A stretch of 63,500 bases of DNA, filler included, from Choristocarpus tenellus KU-1152 (taxonomy: Eukaryota; Protista; Phaeophyceae): the NCBI GenBank assembly GCA_964200185.2. It is 11 parts of 11 records of this genome, joined end to end, with 100 filler letters (N's around TTAATTAATTAA, not from the genome) between each part and the next. Parts side by side here need not be neighbours in the genome. Positions count along the whole stretch, not along the records: positions 43,963 to 55,402 come from CAXNAD020002317.1; positions 55,503 to 59,902 come from CAXNAD020014721.1; positions 60,003 to 63,500 come from CAXNAD020019629.1; 8 more parts are not named here. One strand, given 5' to 3'. Every line of letters begins with the position of its first letter. Position 1 is the stretch's first letter. The notes beneath the pieces were generated by a model. The model was not told the DNA's origin, did not search any database, and worked only from the letters and a program-made list of their open reading frames with translations. Shown piece by piece: positions 53,436-63,500 of the stretch. Made by a program: the position numbers and the translations under genes.

Positions 53436-53611
53436 GCAATGACAACAACACCAAGAGGACCCCCCCCCACCCACCCACCCACCCCAAAACCCTCTACAGT
53501 GGAAGCAGTCACTTCAATGATGAACGATAGCTCACCCTAACATGCAATGATGAATTAAGAACATATTTTGTTGATGAGAGTGGGTGTGATGTGTGAGTAT
53601 GTTCATTCTCC

Positions 53612-53741
53612 ACCTTGTCGTAACTGTATTGTGGTTACCTTGTCGTAACTGTATTGTGGTTACCTTGTCGTAACTGTATTTTGGTTACCTTGTCGTAACT
53701 GTATTGTGGTTACCTTGTCGTAACTGTATTGTGGTTACCTT
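53612..53741. repeat. 25-bp minisatellite, 5 copies
   Basis: accttgtcgtaactgtattgtggtt repeated head to tail. Confidence 0.95.
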
Positions 53742-53966
53742 ACGGAAATTTATTGTTGCTACTGGTTCCTTCTGTAATAACAACAATCAATACTAAAATC
53801 AAGACATTTGAGGGTCCACCCGTCTGTCCTACTGGGGATGTTTGTATTGGCTTGCAGTAGGTCACGAGGATGGGTTTGGTACAGATCGAGATTTTTCCGA
53901 TTGATTTGATTGGTCAACAGTATACCAAAATGGAAGCTTCTGATTTCAACAACCCATTTCTACAAA

Positions 53967-54222
53967 GAGTCAAATTATCTTAGAGGGTAGAGCTGCGTCC
54001 ATTTGAGGGCCAAAATCCAATGTTGAGATTTGGATGTAATTTTGGCTATCGTGTTTGTTAGGAAGTGTCAATATCCATGCTCCGGAGATATCTTTTCATA
54101 ACGTATACATTTTACCTACTCCTAATCATTTTGGAGTAGGAAAATGTCATAAAAAACCCCATGGGAAGTCAAGCCCCAAATGGACAAATAGGGTACTCGT
54201 ACCCTTTAAGATACTTTCACTC
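53967..54222 (+). mobile_element. MITE family A copy
   Basis: Both TIRs present; flanked by AAA/AAA. Confidence 0.88.
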
Positions 54223-54998
54223 AAAGGTATTTATCTTGTGTGTGGGAATGAACATCCCAGAAGTTCCGACTTACAGCATCGGCCGCAGGGAGTTGTCCTG
54301 AAATTTCTAGGAAAATATTGCATGACGAGGATCATGCTGGTGGCGATTTATTTTCCGGAACTTGAAAGCTGAGATTGCAGGCTTTTGTTGGATATGCTTG
54401 TTGTTGACTAGTTCGATTTATATAGATCTCAGATACTTCAGTCACTCCTGTCGCCCTCAACGGGACCTATCTCATCTTATGTGAGAGGCATACATGTGCT
54501 TCGTTACTGACACCTTGGAGATGTTACCATACGAATTAATCAATCGTACAACTCGCAGTGTCTCGAAAAGAAAGAGAGCCATCTCAGCCTACAGAGAGAT
54601 ACACATTCGAGAGGAATCTTCCGCGCGCGTGTGGATTTGTTAAATACGTAGAATTTTTTCGGAATTATTCTGAATCGTTTCGGCGGGAAAACAAAACGTT
54701 CCGGATAGAATTAATTATTCTCTTTGAATCCTTAACCTAAATAGAGCGGTTGGATCACATCGTTTAGATCACATCCTTTTTGTTTGATTTGTTTATGTAG
54801 CCATTCTACAGTCAGTTTTCCTCGTTACCATCTCACCTAAGGATCGGGATGTGTTTGTCATATACGCTGTTGAAGAGATGACCTCGGATATATCTTTCCT
54901 CTTTGGTGCCACTCCAGAGTAGGTGTTCTTTTGACTCAGTTGCTGGAGGGGCAAGAACTTGACTGTTTTTTTGTTTTTGTTTTTACTGTACCGTGTCA

Positions 54999-55173
54999 GG
55001 GGTTAGGGTTAGGGTTAGGATTAGGATTAGGGGTTAGCATCCATTTTCTTGTATGTTTTTCGATTCCTTTAGTGCCGAAGGCGTCACTTTTCTTTTTATC
55101 TTTTTTTTTACTTACTAAAATAAGAAATGTAACTGTATCCCTTTTCGTTAGGGTTAGGGTTAGGGTTAGGGTT
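54999..55173 (+). repeat. Two short interstitial TTAGGG tracts (54999-55037 and 55148-55173)
   Basis: gggttagggttagggttaggattaggattaggggttag and ttagggttagggttagggttagggtt. Confidence 0.8.
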
Positions 55174-55402
55174 ACACCGTCTATACAAGAGCAGAGCACA
55201 CAAACAAGGCTGTTTGATTGGCTAAGTAGCAAACGACCAGAATGACCAGACCCTCAAACAGAAGGTTGACGTTATCTTCAATGCCGTCTACCCCAACCCT
55301 AACCCTAATCAATCTGTGCAGTGGTTCCCTTTCTTTTTTGCCTCCTCCCCTCCCCCCCCCCCCCCCCCCCCCCCTCCCCCCCCCCCCCCACCCCCCACCC
55401 CC

Positions 55403-55502
55403 NNNNNNNNNNNNNNNNNNNNNNNNNNNNNNNNNNNNNNNNNNNNTTAATTAATTAANNNNNNNNNNNNNNNNNNNNNNNNNNNNNNNNNNNNNNNNNN
55501 NN
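55403..55502. other. Artificial contig linker
   Basis: N44-TTAATTAATTAA-N44. Confidence 0.97.
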
Positions 55503-55869
55503 AGTAGGTAAAATGTATTCGCCATGAAAAGTAGTGTCCAGAAAAAGGATATTGACATCTCCTAACAAACATGATAGCGAAAGTAACATCAAATCTCAAC
55601 CTGACGAAAGTGCTGCACGAGCTGAAAGGTTCGGGGGTCAAAGTAAACAAGAGGTGCCCAGTTTTTGGCCATTTTGTATTATATTTAGGCTCTCAGCTGG
55701 AGACAATCCATTCCTGACCTTGAACAAGCGATTGTTCTTATGCGTATGTTGCCATTAATTGAACTGCAAAAGAAGATAAGTGCAATTACAGCAAAAAACT
55801 GCGAGATTGTTGCGTGGCATGATGGTTTCATAAAATATTTCCCCCTACTGTTGTGAAGCCAACCAAACC

Positions 55870-58003
55870 TTTTCTGCTGAGCGGTTCTGGACAGAACATG
55901 CGACGACTAGGTCCTTTGAGGAGTCTCTCCTTGTCATCCCTTAGTGCCATGATCATGTTGTCCTTCTCCGCCACCAATTCCCTAAATATTGGCATGCCCA
56001 AACGTGCCTTTAGATGAGGTTGAGCCGAACCAAGTGTGAAACAAAGGGCATAGGGTGCAAAGGTAAGGCATGTTTCATTCGGGGGAAAAATGGAAGGACA
56101 AATGGCCTGGTTCAATAGGCGATGGAAAAATAGGGTCATACAAGTAGAATTGTGGCAGATAGGAAACAAAGCAATAAAGAGCACATGAATATAGCGTTGA
56201 CACTGTACATGTCGAGAAATTTACAGTAGTGATGTTAAACCAAAGAAAAGGCGGAGCTCCAGTTTTTATATTTCATCACAATCCTTCAAATGCCAGAAGC
56301 TCATCCTTTGTGCCAACATAGAACTATGGCACTTGGCAGCACTACATCGAAGCACAGTAGTACAAGCTGATCCAATAAGAAGTCCTTCAACAACAACAAT
56401 CACAATTTAACTGTTGAACAACGATCAATTGGGCAACGTGCCAAGCATACAGAATATTCCCCTGACATGGAAGACTCTGTTCTGCTTGGCAATGCCCCGT
56501 GGGAAATTATGATAAGAAACTAATGGTTGATTGGGAACCTCGATTGGTGGATGGATGGATGGGAAGTATACTTGTACTTTGGCTGGATTGTCACAGTCTT
56601 TACTCTCTTATTTCTAACTTGACTCTGGGTAGAGTTGGGCATGACGATCACCACGATAAACTCCACTGTTGAAAATATTGCATGCGTGTTGTATTACTGT
56701 TCTCAATATGCAGAGTGACTTTGCCGTCTTGAGTGAAGTAATGTACTGTATCTCAACACAATATCCGACCTACTGTACTCAATATTTCAACCGTAGTGAC
56801 CACCTGTCAATAGTCAGATCCCCTCGGCATTTATCGACCATTTGACTTGATACACACTTTGTCCGATCTGTGGTGGATCGAGAAATCATTAAAAAAAATT
56901 GGGAAAATCCATATTTGGTTGCCAAGTATGACATACTACAACTATTATTTCAAAAGCTGAAACTTCTACCAATGTGATGTACGTTTATTATGTATCAAGA
57001 CAATGCAACCCAAAGAACTGGGTCCTAAAAACGGACCTCAAAATATTGTCGTGGTAATTTTGATTGGACTACAAGTATCAGGCTGTGTGTGTTTGAAGGT
57101 ACAACCAAACCCCTATTTCAACCTTGCAATACACCTGCCCTTGCAAAAAACCTGATTAATTTGTACACCCTACCAAGTCGACACAAAGTATCTTAGAGGG
57201 TAGATCTGTGTCCATTTGGGGGCCATAATCCAATGTTGCGATTTTGATGTAATTTTTGCTATCGTGTTTGTTAGGAAGTGTCAATATCCTTGTTCTGGAC
57301 AAACCTTTTCATAACGTATATATTTTACCTACTCCAAAACATTTTGGAGTAGGAAAAAGTAAAAAAAAAAAGTGGGAAGCCAAGCCCCAAATGGACAAAC
57401 ATGGTAAAATTCGTACCCTCTAAGACACTTTCACTGTTTCGCCATGTAGTATGATCGACTGCAGTGTTTGGCCTCCCTCCTATCGCTCTCCATCCCCTCC
57501 ATCTGGGTTATCCAAAGAACCTACCTTTTACAACTTTCGTGGTAGTCTGATAGCCTCCATCACGAAAGCAATCGTCATAAGATGTGCTTACTGTGTCGGT
57601 AAGAGAGGTTGAGATGAGGCTGCAATGCAAACTATATGGGCATATAAGGACAGAGGTTGGGGGAAATGGAGAGGGTGCTAGCAGGGTTTAAAATATCAAG
57701 GTCAAACGTCAAATTGGTAACTTATTTCCCTTTCAGATTGAAGTTGGAGGCATGGTACATGCAAATAGAAAATTACTCACCAGCCAGATTGTGTCAACAG
57801 AGTGCATTTGGCCCATCACGTCCCCTAAGGCTTCAAGCTAATTATCATTATCTCGAGATCACTCATGGGAAAAACAATCCCAAGGACCAAAGAAAGGGAT
57901 GAAGGGGGAGGGGGAGGGAACTGAAGCTGGTCTGGCCTCTCACACTAAGCCAGCTTCCAGAGCCACTGCCACGTCCTTCAGTTTGTCCTCTGCGGCCGCC
58001 AAC
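55870..58003 (-). CDS. Possible exons of an unidentified coiled-coil protein (~58003-57946 and 56008-55870)
   Basis: ag|..LAAAEDKLKDVAVALEAGL|gt and ag|ARLGMPIFRELVAEKDNMIMALRDDKERLLK...RK|gt; no family recognised. Confidence 0.25.
57180..57436 (+). mobile_element. MITE family A copy
   Basis: Both TIRs (decayed tips) and the same internal sequence. Confidence 0.85.
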
Positions 58004-59902
58004 CTATGACAGCACCACAAAACAATAATTATTAGGGGAAGATGAGCATCATGGGGAGGTATGGAAAAGGCAGAAAACAAGGACACCCTCTGCATCAACA
58101 AAAAATACTATTTGATCCCTTAGTGTCATGGTATGTTCTTTTTCATCAATATTGCTGTGTTGAGATATGCGATTCCCAACACGCACAAGACCAGTTGGAA
58201 AACATACCACAAATGTACCACCTCTTCCCACTCCCTTTGATCACATCTCTCAAATCCAACGTTTGAGTAATTGGTATGATCTGCATGCCAATGAACCTAT
58301 AGCCTAGCCTCAGTTACCACCTAAATTTACGGGGTAACCACCTATCCAACAGCTCCATATTGTAGTGCATCAATGACCGCACAGTAAAGATCTTTATAAA
58401 TCTTAAAATAGATTTGCAGGGTCAAGCACATGATACACATCTAGCCCCTCATATAACTCGAGGTTTCGCATGCATACTTGCCTTTAGTAAATAAATCCCT
58501 CAAGGATGATCAGAACTCTTTCTTCTTCTTCCACATAGAGGTTGTGACCACTCGATGTGATTCATGTGGTGTGGATGCCAATCGTGTCCCCTTGACTACC
58601 ACCTCCTTACTCACTGTACCTCATTTACATATATGCCTTTGCTAATCCACCCCGACCAATTGTGTCAAGACAATATGTTCCCCGCATTTTATTTGCAGAC
58701 CCCCATCCCACATCTCTGATGAGTCCAGTGTTTCGAATAACTTAGTTGATTGCAGGGCAGGATGGCATGGTGATAAAATGTGCCTTTTTGAGGTAAAGCC
58801 CTTCAACGATTCAAGATAAGTATGAAATGGAGTCTTAAACCAAATTTCTCTCCCTCAATCCACCACGTTGTGATCGCATTGTACGCATCCCTGTCAATGG
58901 GGATCAAGTGATCCAGAATGCCCTCAGGAGAAAATGAGAGTGACGAGTAATTAATATGATGCAAAAAACGGCAAAGAATCCAACACAACTAACCGCGTCT
59001 TCATTGGAGGTGTCGTTGAGACGTTATGGTCGATTAAACATCATTTCCAGCCACTTTTGGTCGATTTTGCAGTTTTTGCTAAATCTGCCATTTCCGAAAA
59101 GAACATTTCCGCTCAGGGGCTAGTTTGTCAACCATTTCGAAATGAAAAAATATTTTGAAGATACCTTCGTGCAAGCCGATGTTGGCTTTTGAAAGATATT
59201 ATTTTCATTATTATGCCCTCTGACATTTTCCAGATGTGTCAGGGGGGATGAAAACTATACACATGTCAGTATAAGCCCTAAAGAAATAAATGCCATAAAT
59301 GCGAAAGATACATCACCACTATCTTTGTTGTACTACTACCTTCCTGTGTCTCCAATGTACCTATACCTATACTCCGGGGGGAGGAGCTAGGGAGGAATCC
59401 CAAGAACTCTTATTTTATCTTAATTTGTTTGTATGAATCTCACATTTGAAAATGTTATTCACAAAAAAAATACCGGTACAAACTTATGGGATAGAGGAAT
59501 ATAATATTGTCCCCTTCCTTTTTTCCATACGTGTCAGGGAAAAAACAAAACTATATTTACTTCATGTAGTATGTTCCATGTGAACCAAGAAATCCGGTCT
59601 GTCCATTCGTCTGTCTGCAGGTTACTAGTACCCACTCTCACACGTACGTATTATGCAAAACCAATCAAATTACAACAGTACTGTACATGTGGACTCGCTG
59701 ATATTATGCTGATATGCAGCTAACTCATACGCAGTACTGTCATGATGATGGCCTCCGCTTCACAGCACAGACGGATCATATTTTCAGCAACAAGGAGGTT
59801 ACATTACTGCCAACCTCACCAAGAACGCCACTACTCATTAAACTGCTGTTTCACTTTGTCAAGTTGAATTATGTCACCTTAGAGACAAAATAATACATAC
59901 AT

Positions 59903-60002
59903 NNNNNNNNNNNNNNNNNNNNNNNNNNNNNNNNNNNNNNNNNNNNTTAATTAATTAANNNNNNNNNNNNNNNNNNNNNNNNNNNNNNNNNNNNNNNNNN
60001 NN
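59903..60002. other. Artificial contig linker
   Basis: N44-TTAATTAATTAA-N44. Confidence 0.97.
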
Positions 60003-60030
60003 ACCCAAAAATCACGACATACAAAAATTG

Positions 60031-60074
60031 ACCCCAAATGGACAGCCGCTACCCCCTCCCAGATACTTTGAGCC
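60031..60074 (-). mobile_element. Terminus of MITE family B
   Basis: Reverse complement reads ggctcaaagtatctgggagggggtagcggctgtccatttgggg. Confidence 0.7.
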
Positions 60075-61671
60075 TCTTTAGGGCTTATACTGACAATGTA
60101 TATAGTTTTCATTGGTTTCCCCCCTGACTCATCTACAAAATGTCAGAGGGCATATTAATAAAAATATGGTGGGTCAATACAAGTCGTGGTATGGTGAAAC
60201 AATACTAGCAGACAATAAATAATTCAGTGTATGTTTTACCATGTAACTCAACTAGTAGCTTCAGGTGACGACCCTTTACAGCGCCAAGATTCTCAACAAA
60301 CTTTCTTTTTTTTGCGGTTTATCATTACTTGCTGTACATAAATTTTAGATATGAAGTTAACCAATCTGGAGCAATCTTGTTTTTTTCACTCTATTACCAC
60401 AAGAAGTATGCAACAATATAAATATCAAATGAACGCTTATGATAAGAGGTGTTGAAGATTTGTATGCAGAAATATAATAACTCCAGTGAATGGGACCTAC
60501 CCCCCGATCAAAGAACGACAAAAACGCGGTACATTTTAGAATATCTCCAGCGCATTTTTGATAGTCACAACCTCAAAACGTACAAAACTGAAATGGTTGC
60601 TGTCCAAATACAATGGTTGTGACAAACCGAAAAAATTAAGATTTGCAGACATCGTTTTTGCACCATTTGCAGACTTTTTGAGAGCACACACACATGTGAC
60701 CCACACAGTAACAAGAACCACAACGGTGAGACAAGGAAAGCCTCTAAGGCCACTCTGCCCCCTCGATCTACCCCCGGCACCTTCTCTGTCGAAAGGTGAC
60801 AAATAAACAAGTACCGTGTGACATTCGGTGCGATGTTAAGTGATGAGAAAATGCCTGTACTGTGGCACAGCAGCATGATCAAAGCGTGCAAAGGATCACA
60901 TGGCCGCGACACTGACACTGAGAGAAGATGCACGGAAGCATTACCACACAAACGTGGTTGGATCTTCAACCACGTCGGAGCACTGCCCTGCAGTCTCTGT
61001 TGCCTCGGGAAAGCAGGAAGAGATTGGCGACTCCATCAAAAGGTGTGGTACAGTGAAGAAGTCTGTGGGGAAGTCTGGTCACAGCAGGTAAAGGGAGAAC
61101 CAGAGTGACCGCCGAAGGGAAGGTTGGGGAGGAGAGCATTACAACTACGTGCCATTGCGCCTAGGAACACGCCTAAGCGAAAACCTGGGTGTAGAATATC
61201 TTAGTAGTCGACAGTGGCAGCAGGCCCTAGCTGTTTGGAAGCTATGTGAGACGGAGTGGCTTTGAGGAAACGAGAAAGAAGGTTTTAGGGTTGGGCTACA
61301 AGGGCTGTGAAGCTCGAAAGAAAACCTAAAGGGCTTGCAAGACGGAGGAGAAAGCGATCGTAACAAAGGTAGCTGTGGAGACTTTTCGATACCACCAAAT
61401 CCTCTACTTAGAAGAGGTCGCGAAGCAGGTGGAGGTGACCATCGACGAGGGCGCTAGGGAAGAAGAGGAGATGAGATTGAGACTATGTGCACGCTGATGG
61501 CTTGGTGTCTCCCACTTCTTGCAAGATACTGTACATTCCCTTTTGTTCCTGAACTTAGGGTTGGACATATAAACTTGATTAAGGCTTTGTCCCGCCCCGC
61601 CTGCATTCATTTGCGAAATCGACACAATTTTTGATCGACTCAAGCCTCTCCTTCCTCGCCCTTGCGCCTTA

Positions 61672-61968
61672 ATGATAAAATACCACCCTCCCAGGAAACA
61701 CGGGCGACGCTCATTTCCGGGTGCTCAACGAGGAAACGTGATAGTAAGGGCTCTAACACTGCGAATCCTGTACCTGTGTATGAACAACGGTAAAGACTGT
61801 CAAACGGCGCTCAAGATGGCAGCAAGATATGCGATGGTAAGGTCGGAAACTGTGAGTAAATGGGAGAGAGGCTTCCTAACTAAGGGCCACATCAAGTTGT
61901 CAGAGCAAGGGCGCGACGAGAGGCGTTTCGTTCTGGGCCTCGACGAAGACGATATTTCCCGAGGTTAA
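61672..61968 (+). mobile_element. Probable DNA-transposase N-terminal fragment (IS630/Tc1-like)
   Basis: ETVSKWERGFLTKGHIKLSEQGR...LDEDD resembles the HTH-linker region of IS630-Tc1-type transposases; no catalytic core visible. Confidence 0.4.
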
Positions 61969-63461
61969 AGAGTGGGTAGGTGAACACACAGGAAGAAAGG
62001 GTAGGGAGGCTTTTTTTCCAACTAAACCTATACATCAACTAATAATATATCCGTTGCCACTCTTGGTGACCTACAAACCACGGTTCGAACCCCAATATGA
62101 GCGCTCTTTCTTAAAAAAAAGCAAAAAATACCTCAAAAAGACAAAGCCTGTACTCTGGAGGGCATAATAACGGGCATCACGAATATGCTTTATTTTTTTA
62201 ATCCGATCTCTACATCAAAAGTTATGACGGGACAACCCCAGACGCATAAGGTATTTGTACCACTATATAAACTCTTCTGTTCTCCAATGGCGCATTGAGT
62301 ATATTACTCAATGATTGACCACGACGGGTGTGTCTCTGATATCGCCAGGAACACGTGAATATGTTGGTCGTGTATTCCCCAAATGGACGGTTACCAACTA
62401 TCTGTCTGTCAGTCTGGACCAAAGATGTCAAGTGACGGCTACTTTGGCCTGTGACTGCCTGCTAGAGAGTTTTTGGCTTGTTTGTCGTCCTTGACCGCTA
62501 TTTTTACATATTGGAGGGATGGTTATCGGGGATATGTTTTAATATCGATATTAATTACCAATACACCCGGAAAACACAATTAAGCCATTACCGCCATGTG
62601 ACTCTGAAACTTACAGGCTTTTAGTTTGCAGTTTTAGGGTTGTTTCGTCGTCTTGATGTCTGGTGTTGGTGTGGATGTTTGGCTTGTGGTGGAGTGGATC
62701 ACATCACACGAAGTAGAATGTAAAATGTGTGTAGGGGCTTCCAAAAATATGAGAAGGTGTTGTTCCCTTTGTCGAGGCCCAGCGAGACACCCTTGTCCAC
62801 CTGCTGAGAGGTCAGGAATTCTCGACCATGACATGTCACCTGACATTTGGTGTGTACATCACCAGCACTGGAGCTGTATGTATGAAACCAAGTAATTTCT
62901 GTCCGTTTATTCATCTATGTCCGTATTTTACCAATACCGGGTCTCGTCATCACTCGTAGCATCATTTGTGTGCTTGCACAAACTTAACATTTTTTTTTGG
63001 TCTCTTACGCGCATGCCATGTATAACCTTGCCAATGCCAGCTCTATAGACCTGTTTTTGGACCTCTCGCACGCATGTAACGTGCAAAACCAGCAATTTCT
63101 GTATGTCTGTCTGTCTTCTACAGTTACAACACCCTCCAGAAGCTTACCTCCACAGGATGTATAGCTCAAATCCACAAGCCTATAGAAGACGCTGATGCTC
63201 GTGCTAGTCTTTCGTGATTCTTCAGCAGTCTAGGTGTCCGACACACAGCAGGCTAGCAGGACAGAAGTATATATTTCTTTCAACGTCAGCGTGTAAATGA
63301 CATCAAACAAAAGAAGTGTCTTAGGAGGGCTGTTTATTAAGCAGCGTTCTATATTTCTTTTATTGTCATCTGCGTTTTATTTGTTTGGCTAACAGAAGTT
63401 GGAATACATCTGAAAACCGTTGCAACATCCCCAAGTTACAGACCTTACTCTACAAAATTTA

Positions 63462-63500
63462 GGGTCAAAGTATCTGGGGGGGGGGCGTGGTTTGTGAGGG
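63462..63500 (+). mobile_element. Terminus of MITE family B
   Basis: gggtcaaagtatct followed by a G-run at the window edge. Confidence 0.55.

Noticed and set aside
53156-53741. Possible CRISPR-like arrays
   Set aside because: Units are head to tail with no unique spacers, there are no cas genes, and the context is eukaryotic
62653-62895. Cys-rich ORF as a zinc-finger gene
   Set aside because: Spacing fits no family I can name and there is no exon context; likely transposon debris

Overview
Intron-rich eukaryotic DNA, most consistent with a stramenopile/brown-alga-like genome (inferred from gene content, GT-AG introns and scattered TTAGGG tracts). The window is not contiguous: it is 11 contigs joined by ten artificial 100-bp linkers (N44-TTAATTAATTAA-N44), so neighbourhood only has meaning within a contig. 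Genes reconstructed by hand from splice sites: squalene epoxidase (-), DPH1 (+, complete, 7 exons), SNRNP27 (-, 3' part), an SPX-MFS-type transporter (+, 3' part, probable GC-AG intron), WBP11 (-, 5' part), SEC23 (+, first exon), L-aspartate oxidase (-, 5' part with an N-terminal extension), an L-2-hydroxyglutarate dehydrogenase-like gene (+, 5' part) and an adenylation-domain/ACP fusion fragment. Mobile DNA includes a full-length decayed DD39D/40D-type mariner, a Tc1-like non-autonomous element, a pogo/Tigger remnant, copia gag and probable gypsy remnants, and an abundant ~255-bp MITE family. The most unusual signal is that MITE family: its ends carry two conserved motifs spaced 7 nt apart on one end and 17 nt apart on the other, a difference of about one helical turn. 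I found no CRISPR array, tRNA or rRNA, and no new biological system I can claim with confidence. All family assignments are from motif recognition, not database searches.
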